A stretch of 49,062 nt of DNA from Gemmatimonadota bacterium (GCA_038153405.1 JAYOYH010000024.1:14674-63735); one strand, 5' to 3'. Counted from the stretch's first letter, positions 1-12,585 are shown. Numbers and translations: made by a program. Notes: generated by a model not told the origin, from the letters alone.

Positions 1-44
1 CCCCCCCCCGGCGGGGGGGGGGCGCGCCCAACCCCCCCCCCCCC

Positions 45-386
45 CACGGCACCGAGGAAGTTGGGTTAGAAATTCCAGGTGGCATAATTGAACAGGGAGA
101 AGATCCGGCCGCAGCCGCCGCGCGCGAATTGCTCGAAGAAACAGGCTATGTCGCAGATGAACTTGTAGCGTTGGGTAAGGTTGCGCCGAATCCGGCGCTG
201 CAGAACAACTGGTGTTTCAGCTTCCTGGCGCGTGGCGCGCGCAGAGTAGACGAACAAGCGCTGGACGAGGGGGAAGATATCGAAGTGTTGGAAATCGATC
301 CTGCGCAAATTCGCCCGTTAGTCAACAGCGGTCAGATAAACCACGGCCTCGTGGTGGTTGCGCTGGGGTTTGCCGGTTACCTATAG
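45..386 (+). CDS. Nudix hydrolase (ADP-ribose pyrophosphatase-like), 5' truncated
   Basis: The frame upstream of ORF 129 stays open to about 45 and reads HGTEEVGLEIPGGIIEQGEDPAAAAARELLEETGY, a complete Nudix box (GX5EX7REUXEEXGU). The start is lost in the low-complexity window edge. Confidence 0.9.
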   Translation, partial: HGTEEVGLEIPGGIIEQGEDPAAAAARELLEETGYVADELVALGKVAPNPALQNNWCFSFLARGARRVDEQALDEGEDIEVLEIDPAQIRPLVNSGQINHGLVVVALGFAGYL

Positions 387-404
387 GCTGGTTCGCCTCG
401 CGCA

Positions 405-2090
405 CTACATGTAGTAAACGGCGTATAATCCGAGAAAAATAAGAGCTAATAACACACTGCTGCTCGTCATCCACGTGCGTGAAAACAGCCCGTCGTGCCG
501 GTGGTGCTGACTTATCAATAGGACGAACTGGGCTATGGCGAGCTTGCCGGCGGCGATGCTGCCATCGCGCAGGGCGAGGATTGCATTGCCGATGGGACGG
601 CCGACAGCAGGTAAGAGCTTTCGGTACAGCCAGTCGGTATCGAGAATGGCCGAGGGTATCTCGGGTGGCTCTAGGTGGTTACGAGCGAGAATGGAGAAAG
701 ACAGCAGCGCAAAGAACAGCAGTTGAAGCTGCGTGAGCACGTGTTCGGTTGTATAGGGTTGGTAGTCGACTGCATAGGGCAGGATAGAGTACAGAGCCGT
801 CGGATATACGCCGATTGCTACGCAGAGAAATGCGGTAATGCCCATCGCGATGAGCATATTGAGGGGCGCTTCTTGGCAGCGCAAGCCGCGGTCGTGCCCA
901 AAGAAACCGTAATAGGGAATTTTGATCCCCGAGTGATGCAACACGCCAGCCGAGGCGAAGAGCATGATAAACCAAACGGCTGTATAGTGGTTTTCGGCAA
1001 CGGCTGACATGGTCAGCGACTTAGTTACAAATCCACTAAACAGCGGAAAAGCCGAGATGGCCGCCGCGCCGATTATACAGAAAAAAGTCGTGTAGGGCAT
1101 GGACTTATACAGTGCTCCTAAGTCGGAAGCCTTTGCCGACCCAACGCGCATCATTACCGCACCCATGGCCATAAAGAGCAGAGCCTTGTAGAGGATATGG
1201 GCAAAGGCATGCGAAGCCGTGCCATTGAGCGCGAGCTCGCTCCCGACGCCGATGCCGACGACCATAAAGCCGAGCTGATTGTTCAAGCTGTAGGCCAACA
1301 CGCGGCGCAAATCGTTTTCAATCACGGCAAAAAACACCGGGAAAGCCGTCATTACGGCGCCGATATAGACGAGTAGTTCCGTGCCTGCAAACCCTCTGGC
1401 TAGGGCGTAGACCGCTAGCTTCGTGGTAAACGCGCTGAGAAATACCGTGCCGGTTGGAGTGGCCTGTGGATAGGCATCTTGCAGCCAGTTATGCAGGAAC
1501 GGGAAGGCACACTTCATGCCGAAAGAGAGCAGAATGAGCAGGGTTGCCGTGGAGCCAATTCCGAGATGGTCGAAGGCAATAGAGCCCGTGTCGCGCAGGT
1601 GAAGTAGGACGCCGGATAGCAGTATGACCCCTGAACCCACTTGAATAATTAAGTAGCGAATTCCCGATCGGTAGCTGGCTTCCGTGCGGCTGGCCCACAC
1701 CAAGAAAACAGAAGAAATAGCCGTTAGTTCCCAGTAGACGAACAGCGTTATCAGGTCGCCAGCAAAGACGGCACCGATGGCCGTGCCGGCGTAAATCGCA
1801 CCGCTCACGTGCTGCAACGCGTCGCGCACATGCAGAGCATACAGCGCGCTGAGAAAGGCGGCTAGGTGAAATATATACCCCCAGACCAGTGCAAGACGGT
1901 CTATGCGAACAGGCGTCAATTCGTATGTGAACAAGGAGAGGGATATCTGAGTGCCCACCTCAAATTGTAGGAGGTGGAAAAAGCTGAGGACGGGCAGCAG
2001 CAGTGAAAGCAGTCCCTGTGTGCGGCCTTTCGTAACGATCAGCAGTAATGCGCCAACGGCGAGAAGAGTGCCGGGGGGAAATTCAAGCAT
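405..2090 (-). CDS. mrpD: Mrp Na+/H+ antiporter subunit D-like (long, third antiporter-like subunit)
   Basis: 561 aa polytopic protein with complex-I/Mrp motifs (YWELTA, PFLHNWLQDAYP, RRVLAYS, HILYKALLF). Last gene of the mrp operon. Confidence 0.88.
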   Translation of the reverse strand: MLEFPPGTLLAVGALLLIVTKGRTQGLLSLLLPVLSFFHLLQFEVGTQISLSLFTYELTPVRIDRLALVWGYIFHLAAFLSALYALHVRDALQHVSGAIYAGTAIGAVFAGDLITLFVYWELTAISSVFLVWASRTEASYRSGIRYLIIQVGSGVILLSGVLLHLRDTGSIAFDHLGIGSTATLLILLSFGMKCAFPFLHNWLQDAYPQATPTGTVFLSAFTTKLAVYALARGFAGTELLVYIGAVMTAFPVFFAVIENDLRRVLAYSLNNQLGFMVVGIGVGSELALNGTASHAFAHILYKALLFMAMGAVMMRVGSAKASDLGALYKSMPYTTFFCIIGAAAISAFPLFSGFVTKSLTMSAVAENHYTAVWFIMLFASAGVLHHSGIKIPYYGFFGHDRGLRCQEAPLNMLIAMGITAFLCVAIGVYPTALYSILPYAVDYQPYTTEHVLTQLQLLFFALLSFSILARNHLEPPEIPSAILDTDWLYRKLLPAVGRPIGNAILALRDGSIAAGKLAIAQFVLLISQHHRHDGLFSRTWMTSSSVLLALIFLGLYAVYYM

Positions 2091-2337
2091 CGTAATAATC
2101 CTCTCGGCGCAGAACTACGCGACGCCAGATCCAGCCGGCGCCGACGATAAGGGCATAAGCGGCAAACCCAAACACAGGGTAAAATCCGTATACGCCTTCA
2201 GCTTGAAAATGGGCATGGCGATGAATCGCGAAGTCAGCGGCAAAGAGCAGTGCACAGAGCAGGCTGAGAGCATGAAAAAGTTTTGTCTGATTTGCCGATT
2301 GGTCGAGCCAGCGCTCGTCCCGTTTTTCTGCGGACAT
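2083..2337 (-). CDS. small two-TM membrane protein embedded in the mrp operon
   Basis: 84 aa with two hydrophobic segments and a C-terminal RREDYYD. Overlaps the start of the downstream mrpD-like gene and begins just after the upstream gene's stop. Confidence 0.8.
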   Translation of the reverse strand: MSAEKRDERWLDQSANQTKLFHALSLLCALLFAADFAIHRHAHFQAEGVYGFYPVFGFAAYALIVGAGWIWRRVVLRREDYYDA

Positions 2338-2344
2338 GTCTACC

Positions 2345-3814
2345 TCAGCGTTGTGCGATAGGAGCGATGAGTTGGTAGAGCGGCTCGGCGTAGAAAAAGA
2401 GCAGCAGGCAGCCCAACGCCGTCAGACAGAGGGGAATCAAACACAGCAATGGGGCTTCGTGCAGTCCTTCTCCATGGTGGCCATTGTCGTGCGCGCTTTC
2501 GCTAAAAAAGGCGCGTGCAGGTATCGGAATCAGGTACGCTATATTGAGGAGCGATGAGAGCATGAGAACGCCGACTAGAATGAGGTGTCCGGTGTCGGCT
2601 GCTCCTAGTGCCAGATACCACTTGCTCCACGATCCTCCCAGCGGTGGGACGCCGATAATACTCAGTGATCCAATGAGGAAGGCAATCATGGTGAAGGGCA
2701 TTTGCCGCCCGATACCGCGCATGTCGCTGATTTCCGTTTTGTGCAGCGCAACCATGATTGCGCCGGCGCAGAAAAACAGCGTGATCTTACCAAAGGCATG
2801 CATGGCTATGTGCAGTCCTGCACCAATAACTCCATGTGAATTGGCCAGAGCAGCTCCGAGGACGATATAAGAGAGCTGACTGATAGTCGAGTAGGCCAAG
2901 CGAGCTTTTAGGTTGTCCTGCGTCATTGCGACGAGCGACGATAAGACTATGGTCGCCGCTGCGGCGTAGGCTAGGTAGATGTGAAAACCCGTGCTGCTCA
3001 AGTGATCTATGCCGAAGATATAGACCACGACTTTGACAATGGTGAATACCCCTGTTTTTACGACGGCTACTGCATGCAATAGTGCGCTGACAGGCGTAGG
3101 GGCTACCATGGCATTGGGCAACCAGCGATGAATCGGCATAAGGGCCGCCTTGCCGGTTCCATAGGCGTAGAGAAAGAGCAGGAGTCCAGTCATTAGCGGC
3201 GTAGCTTTGCCCGCCAAAATGCCGCCGGGCATGAAGCTGAGGGTGCCGGCTACGTGATAGGTCAGCAGGACGCCCAACAGGAGCAGACCGATCGACGTCG
3301 ACAGCAGAATGCCCATGTAAATGCGGCCGGCGCGCAGCGCTTCGGGGGTGCGGTGATGCGTGACCAGCGGATACGTCGACAGCGTGAGGACTTCGTAAGA
3401 AAAGAAAAGCGTCAGCATATTCCCGGAAAATGCCGCGGCCAGGGCTGCGGAAATAGCCACGGCAAAGAAGGCGAAAAAACGCGTCTGGTTTTCCTCGTGA
3501 TGACCGCGCATATAGCCAATGGCATAGAGCGAGGTTAGAATCCACAGGCCGGAGGCAATCAGCGCAAAGAGCATGCCCAGCGGCTCGATCTGAAATGCCA
3601 GATCAAGGCCGGGCAATACCTCCAAAAGATGCAGTGTCGGCTGCCCGCCGGACTGCACGTGCGGGTAGAGCGTGCAGACGACGGCAAAGGTGGCCGTTGC
3701 AACGACGAGCATCGCGACATCGCGCACGTTCGGCGCTCGCCCTAGCAGCGCTATGGCGAGCGCACCAAGGGCCGGCAACAGGACGGCGATGGCAATGGCC
3801 AACTCTCCGCTCAC
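2345..3814 (-). CDS. mrpD: Mrp monovalent cation/H+ antiporter subunit D family protein
   Basis: Motifs YEVLTL, PIHRWLPNAMVAPTPVSALLH, LKARLAYS, HAFGKITLF. GTG start at 3814 chosen because it overlaps the upstream stop (GTGA). Confidence 0.88.
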   Translation of the reverse strand: MSGELAIAIAVLLPALGALAIALLGRAPNVRDVAMLVVATATFAVVCTLYPHVQSGGQPTLHLLEVLPGLDLAFQIEPLGMLFALIASGLWILTSLYAIGYMRGHHEENQTRFFAFFAVAISAALAAAFSGNMLTLFFSYEVLTLSTYPLVTHHRTPEALRAGRIYMGILLSTSIGLLLLGVLLTYHVAGTLSFMPGGILAGKATPLMTGLLLFLYAYGTGKAALMPIHRWLPNAMVAPTPVSALLHAVAVVKTGVFTIVKVVVYIFGIDHLSSTGFHIYLAYAAAATIVLSSLVAMTQDNLKARLAYSTISQLSYIVLGAALANSHGVIGAGLHIAMHAFGKITLFFCAGAIMVALHKTEISDMRGIGRQMPFTMIAFLIGSLSIIGVPPLGGSWSKWYLALGAADTGHLILVGVLMLSSLLNIAYLIPIPARAFFSESAHDNGHHGEGLHEAPLLCLIPLCLTALGCLLLFFYAEPLYQLIAPIAQR

Positions 3815-5289
3815 TGTCCACCTCCCAACAGCCACAGCGCTGCGCGCTGGGCCAAGCCTGCTGTCATATCTGTTTGCACGCCAAAATACAGCGTCGCGGC
3901 CAAGAGCAGCCAGAGGGGGATTTGCATGCCCAGAGGTGCTTCCTCTGGCGCTGATGCTCCTTCGGGCGGTGGGCTAAAGTAGGCGACTTCGACAAAGCGC
4001 CAGACGTACGCCACGGCCAGCAGAGACGAAATCAGCAGGAGCACGACCGCCGGCCACCAGCCCAGTTCCAAGGCTCCGAGCAGCAAATACCACTTGCTGA
4101 TAAAGCCCGCAGTCAGCGGAACGCCGATAAGTCCAAGGCCGCCCAATACGAAGGCGAAACTCGTCAACGGCATGCGTTTTCCAAGGCCGGCCATATCGCT
4201 CAGGTTGGACGAGTTTAGGCGCAGTACCATACAGCCTACGGCGAGGAAGAGTGCGCCTTTCATCAGGCCGTGGTTGAATATATGTGCGATGCCGGCCGTG
4301 AGGCCCGTGACGGTGCCCATGCCGATGCCGAGCACAATGTAGCCGACTTGAGCAACGCTGGAATAAGCGAGTAGGCGCTTGAGATCGGTCTGGTATATGG
4401 CAACCGTAGATGCGACTACTATACCTAGGAGAGCTAAGGGAACCAGGACGGCATCGAGGCGAAGCGTTGCAAAGGTGTAGTCAACGCCAAATACGGTAAA
4501 TACAAAGCGTAGGAAGACGTAGAGCGAGACCTTAGTCGAGGTGGCTGCAATAAAAGCCGTGACCAAAGAGGGCGCGTAAGAATAGGCGTTGGGCAACCAC
4601 GAGTGCATGGGGAATAGCGCTATTTTCAGCATAATGCCCACGCTGAAAAAGGCAAAGGCCATAAGAACTGTGCGCGTGTCCTGGACGGTCTTAAGGCGGA
4701 GGGCTAAATCGGCCATATTGAGCGTGCCGGTCATCATATACATCAACCCAACCGCAATGAGAATAAAAGTGGCTCCAATCGTGCCCATGATGAGGTAGTT
4801 GTAGGCGGCTTTGAGCGCGCGCGGATCGCGACTGACGCTGATGATGGCATAAGATGCCAGCGAGGAAATTTCGAGAAACACGTACACGTTGAAGGCATCG
4901 CCGGTTATGGTGATGCCGAGTAGGCCCGTTAAGCAGAGCAGGAAAGCCGCGCAAAACAGATGATGCCGGTCGTGTGCGATCTCTCGCGCGGCGCTGTGGG
5001 GCGCGTAGAGGAGGACCAGTGCAGCGATGCCGCTCACCAGCACGAGTATATAGGCGTTGAGGAGGTCTATGCGGTATTCGATACCAATCGGCGCACTCCA
5101 GTTGCCCATGGTATAGATGATGGGACCGCTTTCGATCACGCGCATCAGCAGGGCGACGCAGGCTGCAAAAACCAGCCAGCCAACGCCGATGGCCAGCGGC
5201 CAGACCAAGGCCCGACGGCGCAGAATGGAGCAGAGGGGAGCAGCCATCATGGGTAGGATGATGGGCACAATGGGCAGGTGGCTACTCAC
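3811..5289 (-). CDS. mrpD: Mrp Na+/H+ antiporter subunit D
   Basis: Motifs GNWSAPIGIE, FNVYVFLEI, PMHSWLPNAY, LKRLLAYSS, HGLMKGALF. Follows mrpC. Confidence 0.92.
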   Translation of the reverse strand: MSSHLPIVPIILPMMAAPLCSILRRRALVWPLAIGVGWLVFAACVALLMRVIESGPIIYTMGNWSAPIGIEYRIDLLNAYILVLVSGIAALVLLYAPHSAAREIAHDRHHLFCAAFLLCLTGLLGITITGDAFNVYVFLEISSLASYAIISVSRDPRALKAAYNYLIMGTIGATFILIAVGLMYMMTGTLNMADLALRLKTVQDTRTVLMAFAFFSVGIMLKIALFPMHSWLPNAYSYAPSLVTAFIAATSTKVSLYVFLRFVFTVFGVDYTFATLRLDAVLVPLALLGIVVASTVAIYQTDLKRLLAYSSVAQVGYIVLGIGMGTVTGLTAGIAHIFNHGLMKGALFLAVGCMVLRLNSSNLSDMAGLGKRMPLTSFAFVLGGLGLIGVPLTAGFISKWYLLLGALELGWWPAVVLLLISSLLAVAYVWRFVEVAYFSPPPEGASAPEEAPLGMQIPLWLLLAATLYFGVQTDMTAGLAQRAALWLLGGGQ

Positions 5290-5642
5290 GAGCCTTCCTC
5301 CTGCGCAATGAGTTCGTCCTCTTCTATGCTGCCATAGTGTTCATTGATGCGTACGACCAGTGCAAGTCCAACGGCTGTGGTGGCTATCCCCACGACAATC
5401 GCAGTCAGAATCAGCACGTGGGGCAGCGGATTGGAAAACGTGTCAAAGCCGGCTCCTGCGATCGGAGCCGTGCCGCCGCTGACTTTGCCCATGGTGATGT
5501 AGAGCAGAAAAACAGAAGTTTGGAATATACTCAACCCGACCAGTTTTTTAACCAAATTGCCGCGCGCAATCACATTGTAAAAACCCACCATCATCAGGAA
5601 GATGGCAATCCAGTAGTTGTAGAGTCCAAGGGCCTCGCTCAT
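5286..5642 (-). CDS. mrpC: Mrp antiporter subunit C
   Basis: 118 aa, three TM segments, NLVKKLVGL and NPLPHVLILTAIVVG motifs. Confidence 0.93.
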   Translation of the reverse strand: MSEALGLYNYWIAIFLMMVGFYNVIARGNLVKKLVGLSIFQTSVFLLYITMGKVSGGTAPIAGAGFDTFSNPLPHVLILTAIVVGIATTAVGLALVVRINEHYGSIEEDELIAQEEGS

Positions 5643-6625
5643 GAGCGCCCCCTGCCAGAAAAGCTGAAGAAAATCGAAGTCATAACGGTGGCGACGGTAA
5701 TGCCGACTCCCAATTCAATGAGGAGGATACCCAAGTGTTCGCCGTGCGTTGCTTCGTGGGCTAGAGCGCGGTACTGCAGGAAGTTGCCGTCCATAAACAG
5801 AGAAGCTAGGCCGGTGCCGGCGTACAGCAGAAGGCCAAAGGCCACTAAGCCGTGCAAGATGTTTGGCGGTATGATGGCACGGGCTTTTTCTAGCCCGTTG
5901 ACCAGCGCGTACAAGATGATACCTGCTGCGAAGATCACGCCGGCCTGAAAGCCGCCGCCAGGTCCGTAATCGCCGTGGAACTGCACGTATAGAGCAAATA
6001 ACAAGATTAGAGGGATAAAGATCTTGCTCTGCACGCGCAGGATCATGGCGTGCTGCATGGACTGTTCGTCGGTCGGTCCCTCCAGCGCACTGCTTGCGCC
6101 GCCGCGCCGTTCGCGCTGGAGTAGGAGCAATACGGCCATGCAGGCTGTGAAAATCACCGATGTTTCGCCCAGCGTATCGTATCCTCGGTAGCTGGCCAAT
6201 ACAGAAGTCACCATGTTGGGCACGCCTATCTCCGTGGGGGACACGTCGATGTAGTGCGGAGCCACGTGTTGGTGGATCGGCGCGTTGGGATCGCCGAAGT
6301 GCGGCATGTCAAACGTGCCGTAGACCAGCGCCCCTCCAGTTAGGAGTGCAGTCGCCAGCGCGCCCCAGTTGTAGTGATGATGGGCCTTCTCGCGCTGAGT
6401 TGTTAGCGAGAGCGTCGCCAAGAAGAGCACGGTGGATATACCCGCGCCGACGGCCGCCTCGGTAAAGGCCACATCAACGGCATCTAAGACGGTGAAAATA
6501 CAGGCCATCAGCAGGCTGTAAACGCCGGTCAGCACGGCAGTAGCAAAGAGGTTTAGGGTGCGCGTAACGGCCACTGCGACGACGATTAAAAAGGCCAGCA
6601 AAATCATGTCGATAAACTGACTCAC
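5639..6625 (-). CDS. mrpB: Mrp antiporter subunit B fused to a DUF4040-like (MrpA C-terminal-type) domain
   Basis: N-terminal AVDVAFTEAAVGAG, middle PNMVTSVLASYRGYDTLGE, C-terminal MrpB HGDYGPGGGFQAG. Confidence 0.9.
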   Translation of the reverse strand: MSQFIDMILLAFLIVVAVAVTRTLNLFATAVLTGVYSLLMACIFTVLDAVDVAFTEAAVGAGISTVLFLATLSLTTQREKAHHHYNWGALATALLTGGALVYGTFDMPHFGDPNAPIHQHVAPHYIDVSPTEIGVPNMVTSVLASYRGYDTLGETSVIFTACMAVLLLLQRERRGGASSALEGPTDEQSMQHAMILRVQSKIFIPLILLFALYVQFHGDYGPGGGFQAGVIFAAGIILYALVNGLEKARAIIPPNILHGLVAFGLLLYAGTGLASLFMDGNFLQYRALAHEATHGEHLGILLIELGVGITVATVMTSIFFSFSGRGRS

Positions 6626-6942
6626 GCCTCGTCCTCCTCTGCAGATACTTTGGGCTTGAGTCCACTCTGCTTGGCAGCCTGTGCAATGGCATGTGTCGCA
6701 ACGGGGCTAGTCGAAATCAGAAAGAGCAGGATCATAGCCAGCTTCGCCGCATTGAGCGACAGTCCGCTCTGCAGCATGAGGCCGATCAGAACGAGTGAAG
6801 ATCCCAGTGTGTCGGTAATACCGGCGGCGTGCTGACGGCTGTAAAAGTCGGGCAACCGCAGGATGCCAAGGCCGCCCACGGCACAGAAGAATGCGCCAGT
6901 GCTCAGCAAAAACCAGCTGGCATAGTGGATAATGCTATCCAT
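6622..6942 (-). CDS. mrpG: Mrp antiporter subunit G
   Basis: GILRLPDFYSRQHAAG and SPVATHAIAQAA motifs. Confidence 0.93.
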   Translation of the reverse strand: MDSIIHYASWFLLSTGAFFCAVGGLGILRLPDFYSRQHAAGITDTLGSSLVLIGLMLQSGLSLNAAKLAMILLFLISTSPVATHAIAQAAKQSGLKPKVSAEEDEA

Positions 6943-7205
6943 CAGGACGCCTCCACTGGCCCAAAGCGAACAAATTTGAGAATGGCAATGGTGCCGATGA
7001 AGTTGATCAATACGTAGACCAGAGCCAGGTCGAGGAACTCGGGGCGGCCCATAAGGTAACCGAGGACGGAGATAAAGAGGACGGTCTTGGTGCCGAACAT
7101 ATTGACGGCTAGGATGCGGTCGTAGACGGTCGGACCTAATAGTGCGCGAATCAGGGCCAAGAGCATGGTAACCAGCACGCCGATCATTGCCGCGACAAAC
7201 ATCAA
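6942..7205 (-). CDS. mrpF: Mrp antiporter subunit F
   Basis: GPTVYDRILAVN and LDLALVYVLINFIGT motifs. Confidence 0.93.
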   Translation of the reverse strand: MMFVAAMIGVLVTMLLALIRALLGPTVYDRILAVNMFGTKTVLFISVLGYLMGRPEFLDLALVYVLINFIGTIAILKFVRFGPVEAS

Positions 7206-7678
7206 TCCTCGTTTTCCAATCGGGTTACGCGGCGATCCATTTCGCCATCGAGCAGTTCGCGAGCGGATTCTTCCGTCAGGGCGTGTACTTCGATCACGCC
7301 ATCTTCAATGTCGACGGTGACTGTGCCCGGCGTAAGCGTGATGGAATTGGCGTAGATCGCTTGCCCCAAATGGGTTTTTTGGCTTGCTTTGACTCGGATC
7401 ATGCGGGGGGCAATTGGCAGGCGCGGATTTAGCACGAGACGGGCGATATCGATATTGGATTGCACCAGTGCCCAGGCCAGCCAGAGCGCGTAAGAGGGCA
7501 GGCCCGTTAACAGGTGGATTGGATGTCCCTCGAGGTCAATGATCCGCATGCGGTGGCTGATAAATACTACCAGAAGGCAAGACAGAACGCCGAAAGCTAA
7601 CAGCAAGGGCGTGTAATGTCCCGACCAGATCAACCAGATTGCAAAGAGTAGAATACTCAGACTCAGTATGCGGTACAC
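7202..7678 (-). CDS. mrpE: Mrp antiporter subunit E
   Basis: ANSITLTPGTVTV and VHAL motifs. GTG start at 7678 lies just downstream of a strong RBS (AGGAGG). Confidence 0.92.
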   Translation of the reverse strand: MYRILSLSILLFAIWLIWSGHYTPLLLAFGVLSCLLVVFISHRMRIIDLEGHPIHLLTGLPSYALWLAWALVQSNIDIARLVLNPRLPIAPRMIRVKASQKTHLGQAIYANSITLTPGTVTVDIEDGVIEVHALTEESARELLDGEMDRRVTRLENED

Positions 7679-7939
7679 GTTTCCTCCTAAAGGGTGCAAA
7701 ACGAGCCTACAATCTGTGAAATTTCTCGCAATATTGCAAGGTAAATCAGTCTGTTCCACCCATTGTGTGCACGCGTCTATGCTGCGGGTGCAAGTGGGTT
7801 TCCATCCCGCCTAATTTTCCCAGCGTAAAGGGAAAAAGGGATGCGGGTTTCCTTAACAGTGTGTGGGTTAGTTGGTCGTTAATCTGGCCTGTATAGCCCG
7901 CACAACGTCTACTTCGCGTTTGCTTGCGCCGAGGGGTGA

Positions 7940-9075
7940 ATGGAAGATTTACCGCGCGTTTTTCTGATGGATGCCGAGCCACTGCTTTGGGTGCGGTCGC
8001 GCGTCTTTATCGGTGAAGACCGCTTTGCGGCTGCTGATGAACGCCTGCTCGAACGGGCCAATGATATGCTTGGGGTAGGGCCGTATTCGGTAGTCGACAA
8101 AGTGCACCGACCGCCCAGCGGAGATCGGCGCGATTACATGAGTTTGGCTCCAGACTGGCTGCCTGATCCCGCGGCGGAAAATGGCCTACCCTACCTACAC
8201 AGCGACGGACAAAGAAACGAGGAGTGCGAGGAGTATGATTATCCGCGCTTAGTGGCGTTGTGCTCGGCCGTGAATACGCTGAGTACGGCCTATTTCTTCA
8301 GCGACTATGAGGATTTTGCCGAGCGTGCAGCGCTGCTGCTGCGCACCTTCTTTCTCGACGAGGAAAGGGGGATGAATCCGCACCTTGAATTTGCTCAGGC
8401 GATCAAGGGAAAGTGCGACGGACGCCCTGCGGGTCTTATCGAAACGGCTGGCTTTAGTTGGCTGGTCGACCATATAGGTTTGTTGGCCCATGCACCGTCG
8501 TGGAATGGGGAGGATCAGTTCGCGCTAGAGAACTGGTTCGGCCTCTATCTGGACTGGCTGTTGAACAGTCAGCACGGGGTAGAAGAGCGGCGACAAACGG
8601 ATAGCCACGGCACCTTATACGATGTGCAGGTAGCCGCCATCGCCCTGTTTTGCCGCCGCGAAGCTGCTGCGCGCCAGGCCGTAGAACGCGGCATGCTGCG
8701 AATTTTTCAACAGATCGACGCGGGGGGATGCCAGCCCCAAGAGATGGATCGCGCGCTGGCGCTTGACCACTGCGTGATGAATATGAGCGCGTTTTTCGAT
8801 TTGGCTGATTTGGGACGTCATGTGGGACTTGACGTGTGGAGTGGATCCGAGGGGGAGCGTCTGCGCCAGGCCTTTGTGTGGCTCGTCGAAAATGGGTTTG
8901 ACCGACCGCGGTCTTTAGGCGACCAAGCGGCTTATACTGACCAACGGTGGGTGCCTCTGCTGCTGCGCGGCGCGGCGCGCATGGGCGATGTGGGGTGCCA
9001 AGAGCGCCTGGCGGCTATGGGAGATGAGGTTGTGCAGAGCGATTGGACAACCCTTTTCTACCCGCAGCCGGACGC

Positions 9076-9079
<4 letters not shown>
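7940..9079 (+). CDS. alginate lyase family (PL5-like) domain protein, catalytic motifs divergent
   Basis: PPSGDRRDYMSLAP, GLPY..DGQRN.E and MNPHLEFAQ resemble the family motifs. The usual NNHG and HY motifs appear as DSHG and DH. Confidence 0.8.
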
Positions 9080-11825
<2,746 letters not shown>

Positions 11826-11828
11826 TCA

Positions 11829-12572
11829 ATGGATGCCAAGCAAAAATACCTCTTTGACTTGCAGGGCTATCTCGTGCTGCGCGACGTCGTTCCGGCTGCG
11901 CGGGTACAAGCGTGCAATGCGGCGCTCAATCGCTACGAACATATGGCCGCAGACGACTACCCACCGCCGCTGTGCTTGGGCCAGGAGCGAACAGAGGATA
12001 ATCTGTACATCTCCAACATAATGGAGGGGGATCCGGCATTCGAAGAACTGATTGACATACCGGCCGTGCTCGACGTGATTGCCGAGGTTACAGGGGGGCC
12101 GTACCGGCTCAACCACACTTATGCGATTTACCGCTGGCAGGGGGGCTATACGCGACTGCATATGCACGGCACGCCGATCATCCCCAAGTGCCAGTACCAC
12201 TGTCGCAATGGGCAGATGGTATCGACCTTGACCAAGGTGGTGTTCCCCATGTTGGACTGTGCGCCCGAAGATGGCTGTTTTGCGGTGATTCCCGGAGCGC
12301 ACAAGAGCAATTTTCCCAAGCCGTGGGGCAGCGAGCCGGCGGACAATCCGCCGTTGGTGCCGGTGCCGGCTCGAGCTGGAGACGCCATTATTTTTACCGA
12401 AGCGCTGACGCACGGCTCGATGGTATGTACTTCGGGCAATCCCCGGCGCACGCTATATTACTGCTACAGCACGGGTTTTATGCCCGATTGGGGTGGGCAG
12501 GGCCTGCATTTTAGCGACGCAATCTACCAGCGCCTCGATGCGGCAAAGAGCGAGGTATTGCGTCTTAAGTAG
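11829..12572 (+). CDS. phytanoyl-CoA dioxygenase (PhyH) family Fe(II)/2OG enzyme
   Basis: YLFDLQGYLV, GCFAVIPGAHK, AGDAIIFTEALTHG, RRTLYY. First metal motif is HMH rather than HxD. Confidence 0.87.
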   Translation: MDAKQKYLFDLQGYLVLRDVVPAARVQACNAALNRYEHMAADDYPPPLCLGQERTEDNLYISNIMEGDPAFEELIDIPAVLDVIAEVTGGPYRLNHTYAIYRWQGGYTRLHMHGTPIIPKCQYHCRNGQMVSTLTKVVFPMLDCAPEDGCFAVIPGAHKSNFPKPWGSEPADNPPLVPVPARAGDAIIFTEALTHGSMVCTSGNPRRTLYYCYSTGFMPDWGGQGLHFSDAIYQRLDAAKSEVLRLK

Positions 12573-12585
12573 AGGAGAGCGACGG

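Noticed and set aside
1..44. Poly-C/poly-G runs resembling a G-quadruplex or hairpin element
   Set aside because: They abruptly replace the expected Nudix N-terminus at the window edge; most likely a contig-end or read artefact.
2787..3545. 252 aa alternative-frame ORF inside an mrpD gene (and many similar nested ORFs across the window)
   Set aside because: Arg/Ser/Pro-rich off-frame composition and fully contained in genes with clear family motifs.
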